Assembly (NCBI GenBank): GCA_963805625.1
Contig: CAWDVE010000019.1
Location: 192,001 to 256,000, forward strand
Reading direction: 5' to 3'
Length of the DNA: 64,000 nt
Origin: an uncultured Candidatus Rokubacteria bacterium
GTDB lineage: Bacteria; Methylomirabilota; Methylomirabilia; Rokubacteriales; DASRDR01
Shown: one piece after another, positions 19,757 to 29,351 of the stretch
Position numbering within the stretch: position 1 is the stretch's first letter
How the letters are laid out: every line of letters starts with the position of its first letter
The notes under the pieces: generated by a model
Databases searched by the model: none
Seen by the model: the letters and a program-made list of their open reading frames with translations, nothing else
What the model was told of the DNA's origin: nothing
Made by a program: the position numbers and the translations under genes

Positions 19757-20215
19757 TCACGCCTCGGGCTTCTCGCGGCCCGAGAGCAGCCGGTCCAGCT
19801 GATTCGCGAACGCATGGCTGTCGCCCCGACTCCAGGGCGCGGGCCCGCCAGTCTGGAAGCCGGTCGTGCGCAGCTCGGCCATGAGGTTACGCACGGCGAG
19901 GCGCTCCGGGATATTCTCCGGCGTATAGAGCACGCCACGCGGATCGAGCGCGTGGGCGCCACGGCCGATCACCTCCGCCGCGAGCGGGACATCGGCCGTG
20001 ACGACCAGGTCGCCGGCCTGGACCTGGTCCACGATCTCCCGGTCGGCGACGTTGAAGCCCCGCCGGACGCGCATGGTTCGGATCAATGGCGACGGCGGGG
20101 TCCGGACGAGCGTGTTGGCCACCAGGACCATGGGGACCTGCTGGCGCTCGGCGGCGCGGAACAGGATCTCCTTGATGGGCCTCGGGCAGGCGTCGGCGTC
20201 GACCCAGATCTGCAC
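19757..20215 (-). CDS. yaiI: YaiI/YqxD (UPF0178) family protein
   Basis: [34 protein letters not shown]. Confidence 0.9.
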   Translation of the reverse strand: MQIWVDADACPRPIKEILFRAAERQQVPMVLVANTLVRTPPSPLIRTMRVRRGFNVADREIVDQVQAGDLVVTADVPLAAEVIGRGAHALDPRGVLYTPENIPERLAVRNLMAELRTTGFQTGGPAPWSRGDSHAFANQLDRLLSGREKPEA

Positions 20216-20302
20216 GCTAGGGGCGGCACCCCGAACGGGTGCCGCCTCGAGGCCTGCGGGAGGCGGCGCGCGACCAGCCTGGCCACCCGGGCGAGCCGCG
20301 AC

Positions 20303-20711
20303 TCACACCTTCCACTCGTAGAGCGTCGATCGCGCGCTGCCGTCGGCCTCGGCGACGTGCTCCACCAGGGCCAGCACGTTGTTGAGGCGCGCCAGCTTGC
20401 CGGTCGTCTGGGCCTGATAGGCCACGGAGGCGGCGAATTTCATGTCCATGCCGTTCCCCGTGGGCGTCCCGATCCGTGGCCGTTCCAGATGGCGCTCTCG
20501 CCGCCGTCGACCATCACCATGCCCCGCCCTTCGCCGTACAGCTGGCCCGGAACTCGCTCGAAGACCGTGTAGTGCCCATGCCGGCGCCCTTCATGCCGAG
20601 GAGGCTCAGCGTAGCTTCGAAGCAGACCTCCATCTTCCCGTAGCGATAGTCGAGTACCCGTCACGAGGTGACCTTCCCATGTTCTTCTTCGAGCCGTTCT
20701 CCCAGCATCAT
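20303..20711 (-). pseudogene. Beta-rich conserved-looking hypothetical gene with one stop and two frameshifts
   Basis: SD GAGGAGG; MMLGERLEEEHGKVTS*RVL...GQLYGEGRGMVM...GKLARLNNVLALVEH...LYEWKV*. Confidence 0.6.
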
Positions 20712-20903
20712 GTCCTCCTCGAGTCTGTCGTCGGTTCGGCGACTCGCGGCGCCTAGAGCAGCATGAGTCGCCTCCCGCTCCACTTGTACTACGGGAGCGG
20801 CCCCGCGAGAAGGCGGCGAGGGTAAACTCGAGGTGGCGAGCCGGCCGGCTCGTCCCGCTCCAGCGTCCGCGGCGCCGTGTTTGAGCGCGTTCGAGTGGCT
20901 TTG

Positions 20904-21023
20904 ATCACCTCGCCAGGAAATCGCGCATCGCGGCGGTCACGTCCGTGCGCTGTGAGAAGAGGAAATCGTGTGGTTGCCTCCGCGAAGCTCCACGAGCGTC
21001 GTATGCCTGGGCTGGATCGACGT
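20904..21023 (-). pseudogene. Possible alpha/beta-hydrolase C-terminal remnant
   Basis: LVELRGGNH/DFLFSQRTDVTAAMRDFLAR* resembles the catalytic-His tail of alpha/beta hydrolases. Confidence 0.35.
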
Positions 21024-21024
21024 G

Positions 21025-22995
21025 CTAGAGGTGGCGGGCGGCGCGGGTGCCCTCGAGGAGCGCGTCGTGGAGGAGCCGCGGCGCCATCGCGTCGCCGACC
21101 AGGACCACCTCCGGGACGCGCCCCTTGAGCCGTGCGAAGAGCCCGTCGACGGCGCGGGCCCCGTAGGCCAGGACGACGGTGTCGACGCCGTCGAGCCGCA
21201 GCTCGCGCCCCGAGTACTCGTTGGCGGCGAGCACCCGGAGCCGGCCGGTCCCGTCCGCCTCGACCCCGGCGAGCGCCGTGTCCACGATCATCGCCACATC
21301 CCGCTGGTAGAGCCGCTCGAAGAGCGGCTCCTTCGTGGATCCCTCGGTGTTGTCGCACACGGTGTGGTACGCGGTCAGAACGCAGACCGCCCGGCCCTGG
21401 ATGGCGAGGTAGTCGGCGGCGAGGCCTGCCTGGACCCGGCCGGTCCCGTCGACGACCACGACTCGCGGCCCGGCGACCGCCGCGCCCGAGAGGATATCCT
21501 CCACCGTGACGACGCCCGGCAAATCCAGGCCGGGCAGGTGGGGCCGGCGCGGCACCGCGCCCGTCGCGACGATCACGGCGTCGGGCCGGTCGGCGAGCAC
21601 GCCCTCCAACGTGGCCTCGGTCCCGAGCCGTACGGTCGCAGTCGTCTTCCGGAGCTGGCGGACGAGCCAGGTGATGGACTCCCCGTATCCGGGCCGGAGC
21701 GGCGCGCGGGCGGCGACCAGCACCTGGCCCCCGAGCGTGGCTGTCCGCTCGTAGAGGATGACCTCGTGGCCGCGCAGCGCAGCGATACGGGCCGCTTCGA
21801 GCCCCGCGGGGCCGCCGCCGACCACCACGATTCGCCGCGGCACCGCCGCCGGGACGAGCTCGCCGAGCTCGGCCTCACGGCCGGTCACCGGATTCTGGGA
21901 GCAGGAGAGCGTGAGCCCGCGATTCGACCGGCCGAGACAGCCCTCCTGCATGCCGACGCACATCCGGATGTCGTCGAGGTGCCCCTCAGCCGCCTTCCGC
22001 GGCATCCACGGGTCGGCCATCAGCGCCCGCGTCATCGCTACCAGGTCGCACGCGCCTTCGGCGAGCAGGCGTTCAGCATGGCGCGGGTCGACAACCCGGC
22101 CCGCGTAGATCACGGCGGCCCGCACCTCCTGCTTGATGCGAGCCGCCAGCGACGCGTAGACGCCCTGCGGCGCGTTCGCGAACGGCATCAGCTTCTGGTG
22201 GAGCCGCGGGGTCTCGCCGGTCGAGCCCGAGACCGTGAAGTAGTCGAGCTGGCCGAGCGAGTCCAGGACGCGGACGATCTCGACCACGTCCTCGAGATGA
22301 AGCCCGTCCGGGATCAGCTCGTCGCCGCTGACGCGCATCCCCAGGACGAAGTCGCGTCCGACGGCGCCGCGTATGGCTCCGACGACCTCGACGGCGAACC
22401 GGAGCCGGTTCTCGAGGCTGCCCCCGTACTCGTCGGTTCGCCGGTTCACCGACGGCACCCAGAACTGGTCGATGAGGTGGCGCGCGTAGGCGCAGAGATC
22501 GGCCCCGTCGAAGCCCGCGCGCTTGAGCCGGAGCGCGGCGGCCGCGTACGCTTGCACGATCTCCGCGATCTCGCTCCGGTCGAGCGCGTGCGGGATCTCG
22601 CGGTTCTCCGTCTCGGGGACGTCCGAGGGCGAGACCAGGGCCTGCTCCCCGGGCCCGGACGAGCCGCGGCGCCCGCGATGCGTGGTCTGCGCCATCACGT
22701 GGGCGCCCTCGGCGTGGATCGCGCGCGCGAAGGCCGCGAACGTGGGGAGCGACGAGTCGTCCCAGTTCTTGATCCCGTTCCAGTCGAGGACGGGGCTCGA
22801 CGGGTGAACGCTCGAGCTCCCGAAGCACTGGACGAGCCCGGCGCCGCCTCGCGCCTTCTCCTGGTGGTAGCGGATGTAGCGCTCCGTGATGTAGCCGTCC
22901 TTGCCGAATCGAGTCGCGTGCGGCGTGCTCACGATCCGGTTCCGGAGCGTCACGTGCCCGAGCCGGAAGGGCGTGAAGAGGTGCTGGAAAGTCAT
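21025..22995 (-). CDS. NADH:flavin oxidoreductase (OYE barrel plus FAD domain; FadH/DgcA-like)
   Basis: TLRNRIVSTPH, NRRTDEYGGSLENRLRF, CVGMQEGC..SC cluster, VVGGGPAGLEAA, ATGA. Confidence 0.9.
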   Translation of the reverse strand: MTFQHLFTPFRLGHVTLRNRIVSTPHATRFGKDGYITERYIRYHQEKARGGAGLVQCFGSSSVHPSSPVLDWNGIKNWDDSSLPTFAAFARAIHAEGAHVMAQTTHRGRRGSSGPGEQALVSPSDVPETENREIPHALDRSEIAEIVQAYAAAALRLKRAGFDGADLCAYARHLIDQFWVPSVNRRTDEYGGSLENRLRFAVEVVGAIRGAVGRDFVLGMRVSGDELIPDGLHLEDVVEIVRVLDSLGQLDYFTVSGSTGETPRLHQKLMPFANAPQGVYASLAARIKQEVRAAVIYAGRVVDPRHAERLLAEGACDLVAMTRALMADPWMPRKAAEGHLDDIRMCVGMQEGCLGRSNRGLTLSCSQNPVTGREAELGELVPAAVPRRIVVVGGGPAGLEAARIAALRGHEVILYERTATLGGQVLVAARAPLRPGYGESITWLVRQLRKTTATVRLGTEATLEGVLADRPDAVIVATGAVPRRPHLPGLDLPGVVTVEDILSGAAVAGPRVVVVDGTGRVQAGLAADYLAIQGRAVCVLTAYHTVCDNTEGSTKEPLFERLYQRDVAMIVDTALAGVEADGTGRLRVLAANEYSGRELRLDGVDTVVLAYGARAVDGLFARLKGRVPEVVLVGDAMAPRLLHDALLEGTRAARHL

Positions 22996-23112
22996 GGCCA
23001 TTTCTCGTGGACTTGGAGCATACCAGGAACGGCCGGCGCCAGACAGGAACGCCGGAGGCCGCCACGCCCTCGCGGGCGCTCGCACAGGGCCGCGCGGTGT
23101 GCCGAGTCTCGC

Positions 23113-23850
23113 TCAGCCCGTTCGAGGAGAAGGGGCGCCGACGTGCACGTGGGCGCCGGTCGACGCGCCCGCGACCGGTCCGGGGAAGGCCAGGAACAGG
23201 ATGCCACGCAAGCGGAGATAGTCGAGCAGCACGCGGCCCTCGGTGCTGTCGGGATGGACCGCGACGTCGACGGCATTTCGGTGATCGAAGCCCAGCCGGT
23301 CGTGGAGCGCCGTCTGGCTTATGGCACTCACGGGAAGCGGGCGCCCGAACCGCCCGGAGAAGAATTGCTCGAGACTCGCGACCTGGGTCAGCGTCCACGC
23401 GCTGACGCCGTGGTACTCGAGCACCTCCGGCGTGGACTGCTCCGCGCCCGGGGGGACCGGCGGCAGCGCCGCCAGCTGCCGGAGCGCCTGGGCTTCCGTC
23501 ATGACGGCCTCGGAGTCGGTTAGCTGCCTGCGCGTCTCGCCAAGGCGCCTCTCGGCCTCGGTCACCGCGCGCGGGGCCTCTTCGACGTCACCGCGAGCGA
23601 TCAGCCCCTCGGCGTGGAGCCAGCGGGCCCGATCAGCTGCGGCCGTCGCGCGGGCAAGCGCCTCCTCGAGGACCGACGCGAGGCGCCCGAGCGATTCCTG
23701 GTACTCGCGGGTCCTCTGCTCGAGCTCCGCGAGGGTTTCACCGAGAGGATCCGCTCTCGACCGAATGGCGGTGAGGATGAGGGGCCACGCCAGTGCGGCC
23801 CGTCCGAACCGCAGGAGCTCCCGGCGCGCGATTACCGTCCCGCGAGTCAC
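23113..23850 (-). CDS. Exported coiled-coil protein with a His/Asp-rich C-terminal domain (possible metallopeptidase); start uncertain
   Basis: Tat-like ARRELL plus hydrophobic stretch; helical repeats; HDRLGFDHRNAVDVAVHPD...GAHVHVG. Confidence 0.6.
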   Translation of the reverse strand: MTRGTVIARRELLRFGRAALAWPLILTAIRSRADPLGETLAELEQRTREYQESLGRLASVLEEALARATAAADRARWLHAEGLIARGDVEEAPRAVTEAERRLGETRRQLTDSEAVMTEAQALRQLAALPPVPPGAEQSTPEVLEYHGVSAWTLTQVASLEQFFSGRFGRPLPVSAISQTALHDRLGFDHRNAVDVAVHPDSTEGRVLLDYLRLRGILFLAFPGPVAGASTGAHVHVGAPSPRTG

Positions 23851-23881
23851 CGGACTGAGGGATCGCGGCTCGGGAGCGGCG

Positions 23882-24712
23882 TCATGAAGGCGAGCATGAT
23901 GGGACGCAGCGAGCGCCCTTGGCATCGATCAGCACGACATCCACCGGACCCCCGGCGTGGCGGTCGCCGATCTGATAGAGCCGCGTGTCCTCGCGAATGC
24001 CCGCCTCGATCACGCGGCGGACGTGCTCGCTGAGCTTCGACGGCTCCTGGATCGAAGGTCCGAACATCGCGGTGGCGCCCGCGAAGGGTCCTTGTCCGTA
24101 GAAGGTGTCGAGGGCGTCGGGCCACGCCACCGCTCCGCGAGGCGGCGCGGCCAACTTTGCGGTCCATCGATCATCGAGCTCGAGCGAGCCTAGGGTCGCG
24201 TGCCCTGAGGCGACATAGGCCACGAGCAGCGTGAGACGCGCCACCTTCAGTCGGATCTTAGCCTCGGCATCGGCGGGGTTCCTGGCTAGCGCGCGCTTCG
24301 CGGGCTCCCGAATGACCTGGAGCCGCTCCTGAAGATCCGTGCGGAGGAGCTCGACGATCGCGTCGAAGTTGAGGCGCGAGGCATTGAGCGTAGCGATGAG
24401 CCGGCGGATGTGCTCCACGGTGTCCTGCTCGGGGCCGAGGGTGGCGATGCCCGCCACGGCGACCGCGAGAGGTAGCGAGTCGTGCATGGCGATCTTCACC
24501 TGCCGGCCCTGTCGTTCCGAGGGAGAATCACCGACCCTCGGCAGCGCATTGGTCCACAACCGGTCAGCGCCGAGGACGACGAAGTGGTCCCGCGGGATAC
24601 CCATGATGATCGTGCCGGTCCTCAAGACAGGGTCGCTCCACGGGACACCTGCGCTTAGGAGCCCGAGCAGCGTGACCGCGATGACCGTCAATGACCGGAT
24701 CACACCGTTCAT
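23882..24712 (-). CDS. Secreted Ntn-hydrolase, proteasome-beta/HslV-like (276 aa)
   Basis: Hydrophobic signal, then G|TIIMGIPRDHFVVLGADR (Thr1, Gly5, Asp17), KI, AVAG and C-terminal DRHAGGPVDVVLIDAKG. Confidence 0.6.
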   Translation of the reverse strand: MNGVIRSLTVIAVTLLGLLSAGVPWSDPVLRTGTIIMGIPRDHFVVLGADRLWTNALPRVGDSPSERQGRQVKIAMHDSLPLAVAVAGIATLGPEQDTVEHIRRLIATLNASRLNFDAIVELLRTDLQERLQVIREPAKRALARNPADAEAKIRLKVARLTLLVAYVASGHATLGSLELDDRWTAKLAAPPRGAVAWPDALDTFYGQGPFAGATAMFGPSIQEPSKLSEHVRRVIEAGIREDTRLYQIGDRHAGGPVDVVLIDAKGARCVPSCSPS

Positions 24713-24859
24713 CCTGTGCAAGAGCGCTGCCCCGCGGGATTGTCGAGGTGTCTCGCCCCCCCACCCGGTCCGTCGCGGGTCCCGTGCGACGGTATGTCGC
24801 CACGATGACGAGTTGACTCCTGCCGAGTACCGCGCGGACGCCGGCGACGCCTGCTCCAG

Positions 24860-25671
24860 GAGGCCAAGCGCGACCGATGGGTGCTGGCGACGAAGGCCGC
24901 GCAGTCCACTGGGCCCAACATCACCGACCGGGGTCTGTCGCGGCGGCACCTGATGCAGGCCGTGGACGCGAGCCTGACGCGCCTGCAGACCGACCACATC
25001 GACCTCTACTACATCCATCGGGTCGACCCCGACACGGCCTGGGAGCAGACAATCGCCACCTTCGGCGACTTGATTCGCCAGGGCAAGGTGCGCGAGTGGG
25101 CGCTCTCCAACGTGAAGTCCTGGCATATTCCTCAGTGTGTCACCTGAGCCGGCAGCTTGGCGTGCCGCAGCCGGCGGCACTGCAGCCCTACTACAACCTC
25201 ATGAACCGCCAGCCGGAGATCGAGCTGCTGCCAGCGGCCAAGGCGTTCGAGCTCGGCGTCGTGCCCTACAGCCCCGTCGCGCGCGGCGTGCTGACCGGCA
25301 AGTACAAGGTCAATCAGTCGGCCGACCCCAGCAGCCGCGCCGGCCGCCAGGACAAGCGCATGCTGGAAGCGGAGTGGCGACCCGAGAGCCTGATCATCGC
25401 CGAGAAGCTCACGGAGCACGCCGCGAAGCGCGGCACCAGCCTCGTCGGATGGGCCTGCGCCTGGGTGCTCAACAACCGCGCGATCAGCTCGATCATCGCC
25501 GGCCCGCGCACCTTCGATCAATGGACCAGCTACTTCGCCGCGCTCGACTATGCATGGACGGCGGAGGACGAGAAGCTGGCCGACAGTCTGGTTGTCCCCG
25601 GCCACGCTTCGACGCCCGGCTTCACCGATCCGGCGTATCCCGTGGAGGGGCGGTTCCCCAGGGTCGGATAA
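24860..25671 (+). pseudogene. Aldo/keto reductase, 5'-truncated, frameshift at ~25135
   Basis: RDRWVLATK, SLTRLQTDHIDLYYIH, QGKVR..LSN, QPYYNL, YSPVARGVLTGKY; about 60 N-terminal residues, including the catalytic Asp/Tyr region, are absent. Confidence 0.8.
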
Positions 25672-25808
25672 CCCGGGCGCTCTGCGATTAGAGGTGCTGG
25701 AAGGACATCGCGCGAGCGGCGCCGAGGTCAGTCGATCACCTTGTCCGCCCGGGCGCGGACAGACGGCGGGATCGTGAGAGCGCGCGACGACTGGACTGGG
25801 ACCCCGCC

Positions 25809-25838
25809 TTGACGCGTCCTGGCGCTCGGCCATAGGAT
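25809..25838 (+). promoter_or_regulatory. Putative sigma70 promoter
   Basis: TTGACG-N18-TAGGAT upstream of the ATG at 25903. Confidence 0.4.
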
Positions 25839-25902
25839 CCGCGTGACAGGCAGGCGGCCGGTGCCCCGCTCGAGGTTTGCTGGGGGGGAGGAGGATAAAG
25901 AG

Positions 25903-26592
25903 ATGCGAGTCGGAGCGACAGCGCTGATCCTCTTGAGCGTCCTGGTGATGGTGGCCCTTCCGGCACTGGGCCATGCTCAGTCCCCGACCGCCACTCGTGG
26001 CGCCTTCGGGGGAACCCTGTCCACGGGGGCGACGGTCGGCGCGCTGCGAGGGGCGGTGCCCGAGGGCGCGACCGTGGGTGCCGCGCGAGGGTCGTTGCCG
26101 GCCGCCGCGGTGATCGGGGCGGTCCGGGGCACCCCCCCACCGGGGGGGACGGTCGGGGCGTACCGGAGCGCACTCGCGGCCGACACGGTCAGCGTGCTGC
26201 CGGGGGCGTCCATTCCGATGCCCACGGGCGCGTTCCGAGGAGACGTTCCGACGAATGCCAATGTGGGCACCGTCTCAGGGCCGCTCCCGTCGGGAACTCA
26301 ACTCGGGGAGCCGGGGCCTGGCGAGCTGGCTCAGCGGCTCAAGTCCGAGGCCCGGATGAACCTGGTCGACGGGAGCTACGCCCGCGCCGAAGGGATGCTC
26401 AAGCAGTCCGTGGCGATCCGCGAGGAAATGGTGGGTCAGGTGCGCCCCGAGATCGCGGAGGCCCTCGACGACAATGCCAAGCTCCTCCGGAGATGGGACC
26501 GGAACGCCGCGGCGGCCGACATGGAAGCCCGCGCCAAGGAGATCCGCACCAAGCTGGAGCCGCCGGCGCCCAAGAAGCCCAATCGCTTCTGA
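25903..26592 (+). CDS. Secreted protein with 13-residue Gly-rich repeats and a C-terminal TPR
   Basis: SD GGAGGA; signal peptide ending GHA; repeats GAxRGx(L/V)PxGATV; YARAEGMLKQSVAIREEMVG..PEIAEALDDNA (kinesin-light-chain-like TPR). Confidence 0.7.
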   Translation: MRVGATALILLSVLVMVALPALGHAQSPTATRGAFGGTLSTGATVGALRGAVPEGATVGAARGSLPAAAVIGAVRGTPPPGGTVGAYRSALAADTVSVLPGASIPMPTGAFRGDVPTNANVGTVSGPLPSGTQLGEPGPGELAQRLKSEARMNLVDGSYARAEGMLKQSVAIREEMVGQVRPEIAEALDDNAKLLRRWDRNAAAADMEARAKEIRTKLEPPAPKKPNRF

Positions 26593-26625
26593 CGGGTCTC
26601 GTGTGAGCGCCGTCCCCGGGCGGAG

Positions 26626-27465
26626 CTAGCGGCCCAGGAAGCGCCTCACTTCCTCCCGGGCGGCGGCCGCCGCCTGCGGGTCGTGGCCCAGCGTGCCTCC
26701 CCTCGTCCGCCGGACGAACGGCGGAAGGTCGGGAACGTCGAACGCGTGGCGCGCTTCCGGATACACGCGTACCTCGAGAGGGACATCGCCGCCGAGCCGC
26801 TTCTCCAGTTGCTCGCACGCCCACGTGGACGAGATGTCGTCCTTTCCGGCCAGGAGCATGAGGAGCGGGATCTTCACGTTCCACGGCGTCCCGACGTAGC
26901 ACTCGGGATAGTAGGCGACGGCCTTCCGGAACGGTGCGGGCGTGTTGGCCGGGAGCATCGCGATCACGCTCAGCACACCACTGCCCCCCCTGGACCAGCC
27001 GATGACGTCGATCTCGGACGCCCGGATGAACGGGCGGGTCCTGGCGTAGGCCGCCGCGGCGAGGATGTCTCCCGCGACGTCCCCAGGAGGGACGGCGCCT
27101 GCGCAGATGTGACGGCCGCGGGCGCCCAGGTAGTCGACGAAGATCACGACGTACCCCCGCGACGCGAACTCGTCGGCCACCCGCCCGTAGTGGTGTGGCG
27201 CCTCGTGAGGCGTGAAGCCGCTGCAACCGGAGACGAACAGGAGCGCGGGATGAGGGCCCTGGCCCTCCGGCCGGACGACGCGATACTGCGGCTCCGCCGG
27301 CTGCTGGCTCGAGCTCGGTCTCGGCTCGCCGGCGACGCCGGCCAGGAGCGCCACTACCACGAGCGCCCTGACGGCGTTCCGCCCGGACTCGGCGAAGATC
27401 CGCCGTCGGCCATCGTGTCCGGATTCGGCACCGTGACGCGAGCCCTTGGACCTGCGTACCGTCAT
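26626..27465 (-). CDS. Dienelactone hydrolase-family alpha/beta hydrolase, probably exported; start uncertain
   Basis: PALLFVSGCSG, IGWSRGG nucleophile elbow, YYPEC, GKDD, YPEARHAFD. Confidence 0.85.
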   Translation of the reverse strand: MTVRRSKGSRHGAESGHDGRRRIFAESGRNAVRALVVVALLAGVAGEPRPSSSQQPAEPQYRVVRPEGQGPHPALLFVSGCSGFTPHEAPHHYGRVADEFASRGYVVIFVDYLGARGRHICAGAVPPGDVAGDILAAAAYARTRPFIRASEIDVIGWSRGGSGVLSVIAMLPANTPAPFRKAVAYYPECYVGTPWNVKIPLLMLLAGKDDISSTWACEQLEKRLGGDVPLEVRVYPEARHAFDVPDLPPFVRRTRGGTLGHDPQAAAAAREEVRRFLGR

Positions 27466-27538
27466 GCGGCTCCTCCTGCGGCCATCGAACGACTTGACGG
27501 CCACGCGGGGCCTGGCGCCCGGATGACCTCGATGGGGG

Positions 27539-28498
27539 CTAGCCGAGCGTCTCCGCGATCCTCACCAGCTCCTCGTACTCCTGCATCCAGTAGCGATGGT
27601 CGCGGAAGCTCGGGAACGCCTGAGGGAACGACGGATCCTCCCACCGCCGCGCGATCCAGCCCGACATATAGACGATACGCATCGCACGGAGCGGCTCGAC
27701 GAGCCCGAGCGTGGAGCGGTCGAACTCGCGGAAGACCTCGTAGCCCTCCAGGAGATCCTCGCGGCCCTTCTTCGCTTCCTCGTCGTGGCCCCGGGCGAGG
27801 AGCCAGAGATCCTGGACGGGCGGGCCCATGAGACAGTCATCGAAGTCGACCAGCACGGGGCTGGGCGTCCAGAGGATGTTGCCGTAGTGGAGGTCACCGT
27901 GGATGCGCTGCAGCTTGACGGCGGCCAGCTCGGGCGCGGCGGCGCTGGCGATCCGGAGGGCGACCTCCTTGTAGCGCGGCCCGAGGTTTTCGGGCATGAA
28001 TCCGCCCTTCATCAGCACTTCGAGCGGCTCGTGGATGTAGCGCTCGAGGCTCAGCGCCGGACGGTGCGGAGCCGGACGGGCGGCACCGATGGCGTGCATG
28101 CGCCCGATGGTGCGGCCGATGTGGCGCCGCTTCTCGGCGTCCAGCTCGTCGAGCGTGCGGCCGCGCACCTTGGGGAACGCGGCGTAGAAGATGCCTGCCA
28201 CCTCGTTCAGCGTGGTGCCGGTGCCGAGATCGAGCGGGGCCACGGCCGGAAGCTCGGCGTCGACGAGATCCAGCAGGAACCGGTGCTCGTCGAGGATGGT
28301 CTCGCGCGACCAGCGGCCGGGACGGTAGAACTTCACGACGAGGCGGCGCTCGTCCACGAGCTCGACCTCGTAGACGCGGTTCTCGAAGGCGCGGAGCGGT
28401 AGGCAGCGGCCGGTGCTGCGGAGCCCGCCTGCCTCGACCGCGTCGAGCACCCGGTCCGGGGTGAGGGCGAAGAAGGTCGCCTGGGGTTGAGTGGTCAT
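27539..28498 (-). CDS. srkA: Stress response Ser/Thr kinase SrkA/RdoA (YihE)
   Basis: LTPDRVLDAVE, FENRVY, VKFYRPGRWS..ILDEH, RIHGDLHYGNIL, VDFDD, WIARRWEDPSFP. Confidence 0.9.
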   Translation of the reverse strand: MTTQPQATFFALTPDRVLDAVEAGGLRSTGRCLPLRAFENRVYEVELVDERRLVVKFYRPGRWSRETILDEHRFLLDLVDAELPAVAPLDLGTGTTLNEVAGIFYAAFPKVRGRTLDELDAEKRRHIGRTIGRMHAIGAARPAPHRPALSLERYIHEPLEVLMKGGFMPENLGPRYKEVALRIASAAAPELAAVKLQRIHGDLHYGNILWTPSPVLVDFDDCLMGPPVQDLWLLARGHDEEAKKGREDLLEGYEVFREFDRSTLGLVEPLRAMRIVYMSGWIARRWEDPSFPQAFPSFRDHRYWMQEYEELVRIAETLG

Positions 28499-28599
28499 CG
28501 GACGTCGAGTGTACCCTACGCGCGGTCTGCCGGACGTGCGGCGACGTGTCGCGGCACGAGAAAGGCGCACTGGCCTGGTCCTCGCAGCGGCGGCGCCGA

Positions 28600-29215
28600 G
28601 GAGACCCGCCGGAGAGAGGCGGACTATGCCGTGACCCAGGCCCTGGCCGAATCGCGCGGCCTCGATATCGCCGCCGCGAGGATCCTTCGCGCCGTGTGCG
28701 AGAGTCCGGGGTGGGATCTCGGAACGCTGTGGGTGCCCGCGGAGGGCGGTTCTTGCGGTGCCTGGAGCTCTGGCATACACCTTCAAGGCGGTCCCGGGAG
28801 TTCGAGGCGGTCAGCCGTGGAGGACGTTCGCCCCGGGTGTCGGCTTGCCGGATCGCGTGTGGGCGAGCGGGGAGCCAGTCTGGATCCCAGGCGTCGTCGT
28901 CGACCGCAACTTTCCGAGATCTCCCATGGCCAGCCGTGAGGGTCTCCATTCGGCGTTCGCGTTCCCCATTCGGGTGAGGGAACGCGTCCTCGGGGTAATG
29001 GAGTTCTTCAGTCGGGCGCGAGGGGGCCTGGGGCTCGGCCTCGCGGTCGTCAAGCGGCTCGTGACGCTGCATGGCGGCCAGGTGTCGGTGGAGAGTGCGG
29101 GACAGGACCGGGGTGCCGGAGGACCGGCGCCATTCAACCGAGGCCGGGTTCAATGCCCATTTGGTCAAGTCCGTTCGCCCCGAGGCGCTGCTTCGAACGA
29201 TGGCCTTGCTGGCCC
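28600..29215 (+). pseudogene. Collapsed hybrid histidine kinase remnant (GAF, HATPase G2 box, REC tail)
   Basis: GLPDRVWASGEP..AFAFPI..GVMEFFSR joined to GGLGLGLAVVKRLVTLHGGQV, then to EAGFNAHLVK; multiple frameshifts. Confidence 0.75.
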
Positions 29216-29351
29216 ACGGGGGGGCCGGCTCGATTTCGCGACACGCCGTGACGTCGCCCCGCCCTTGAGCCGGTCCGCGGAGTCAATATCCACGGCACGA
29301 TGGCGCCCACGACTATCCTGACCGGCTGGATCGTCTCACTGACAGGAGACG

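Noticed and set aside
20661-20663. In-frame TGA in the 20303-20711 gene as a second Sec codon
   Set aside because: Not in a Cys-type motif, no convincing downstream hairpin, and the gene has two further frameshifts; a nonsense mutation is more likely.
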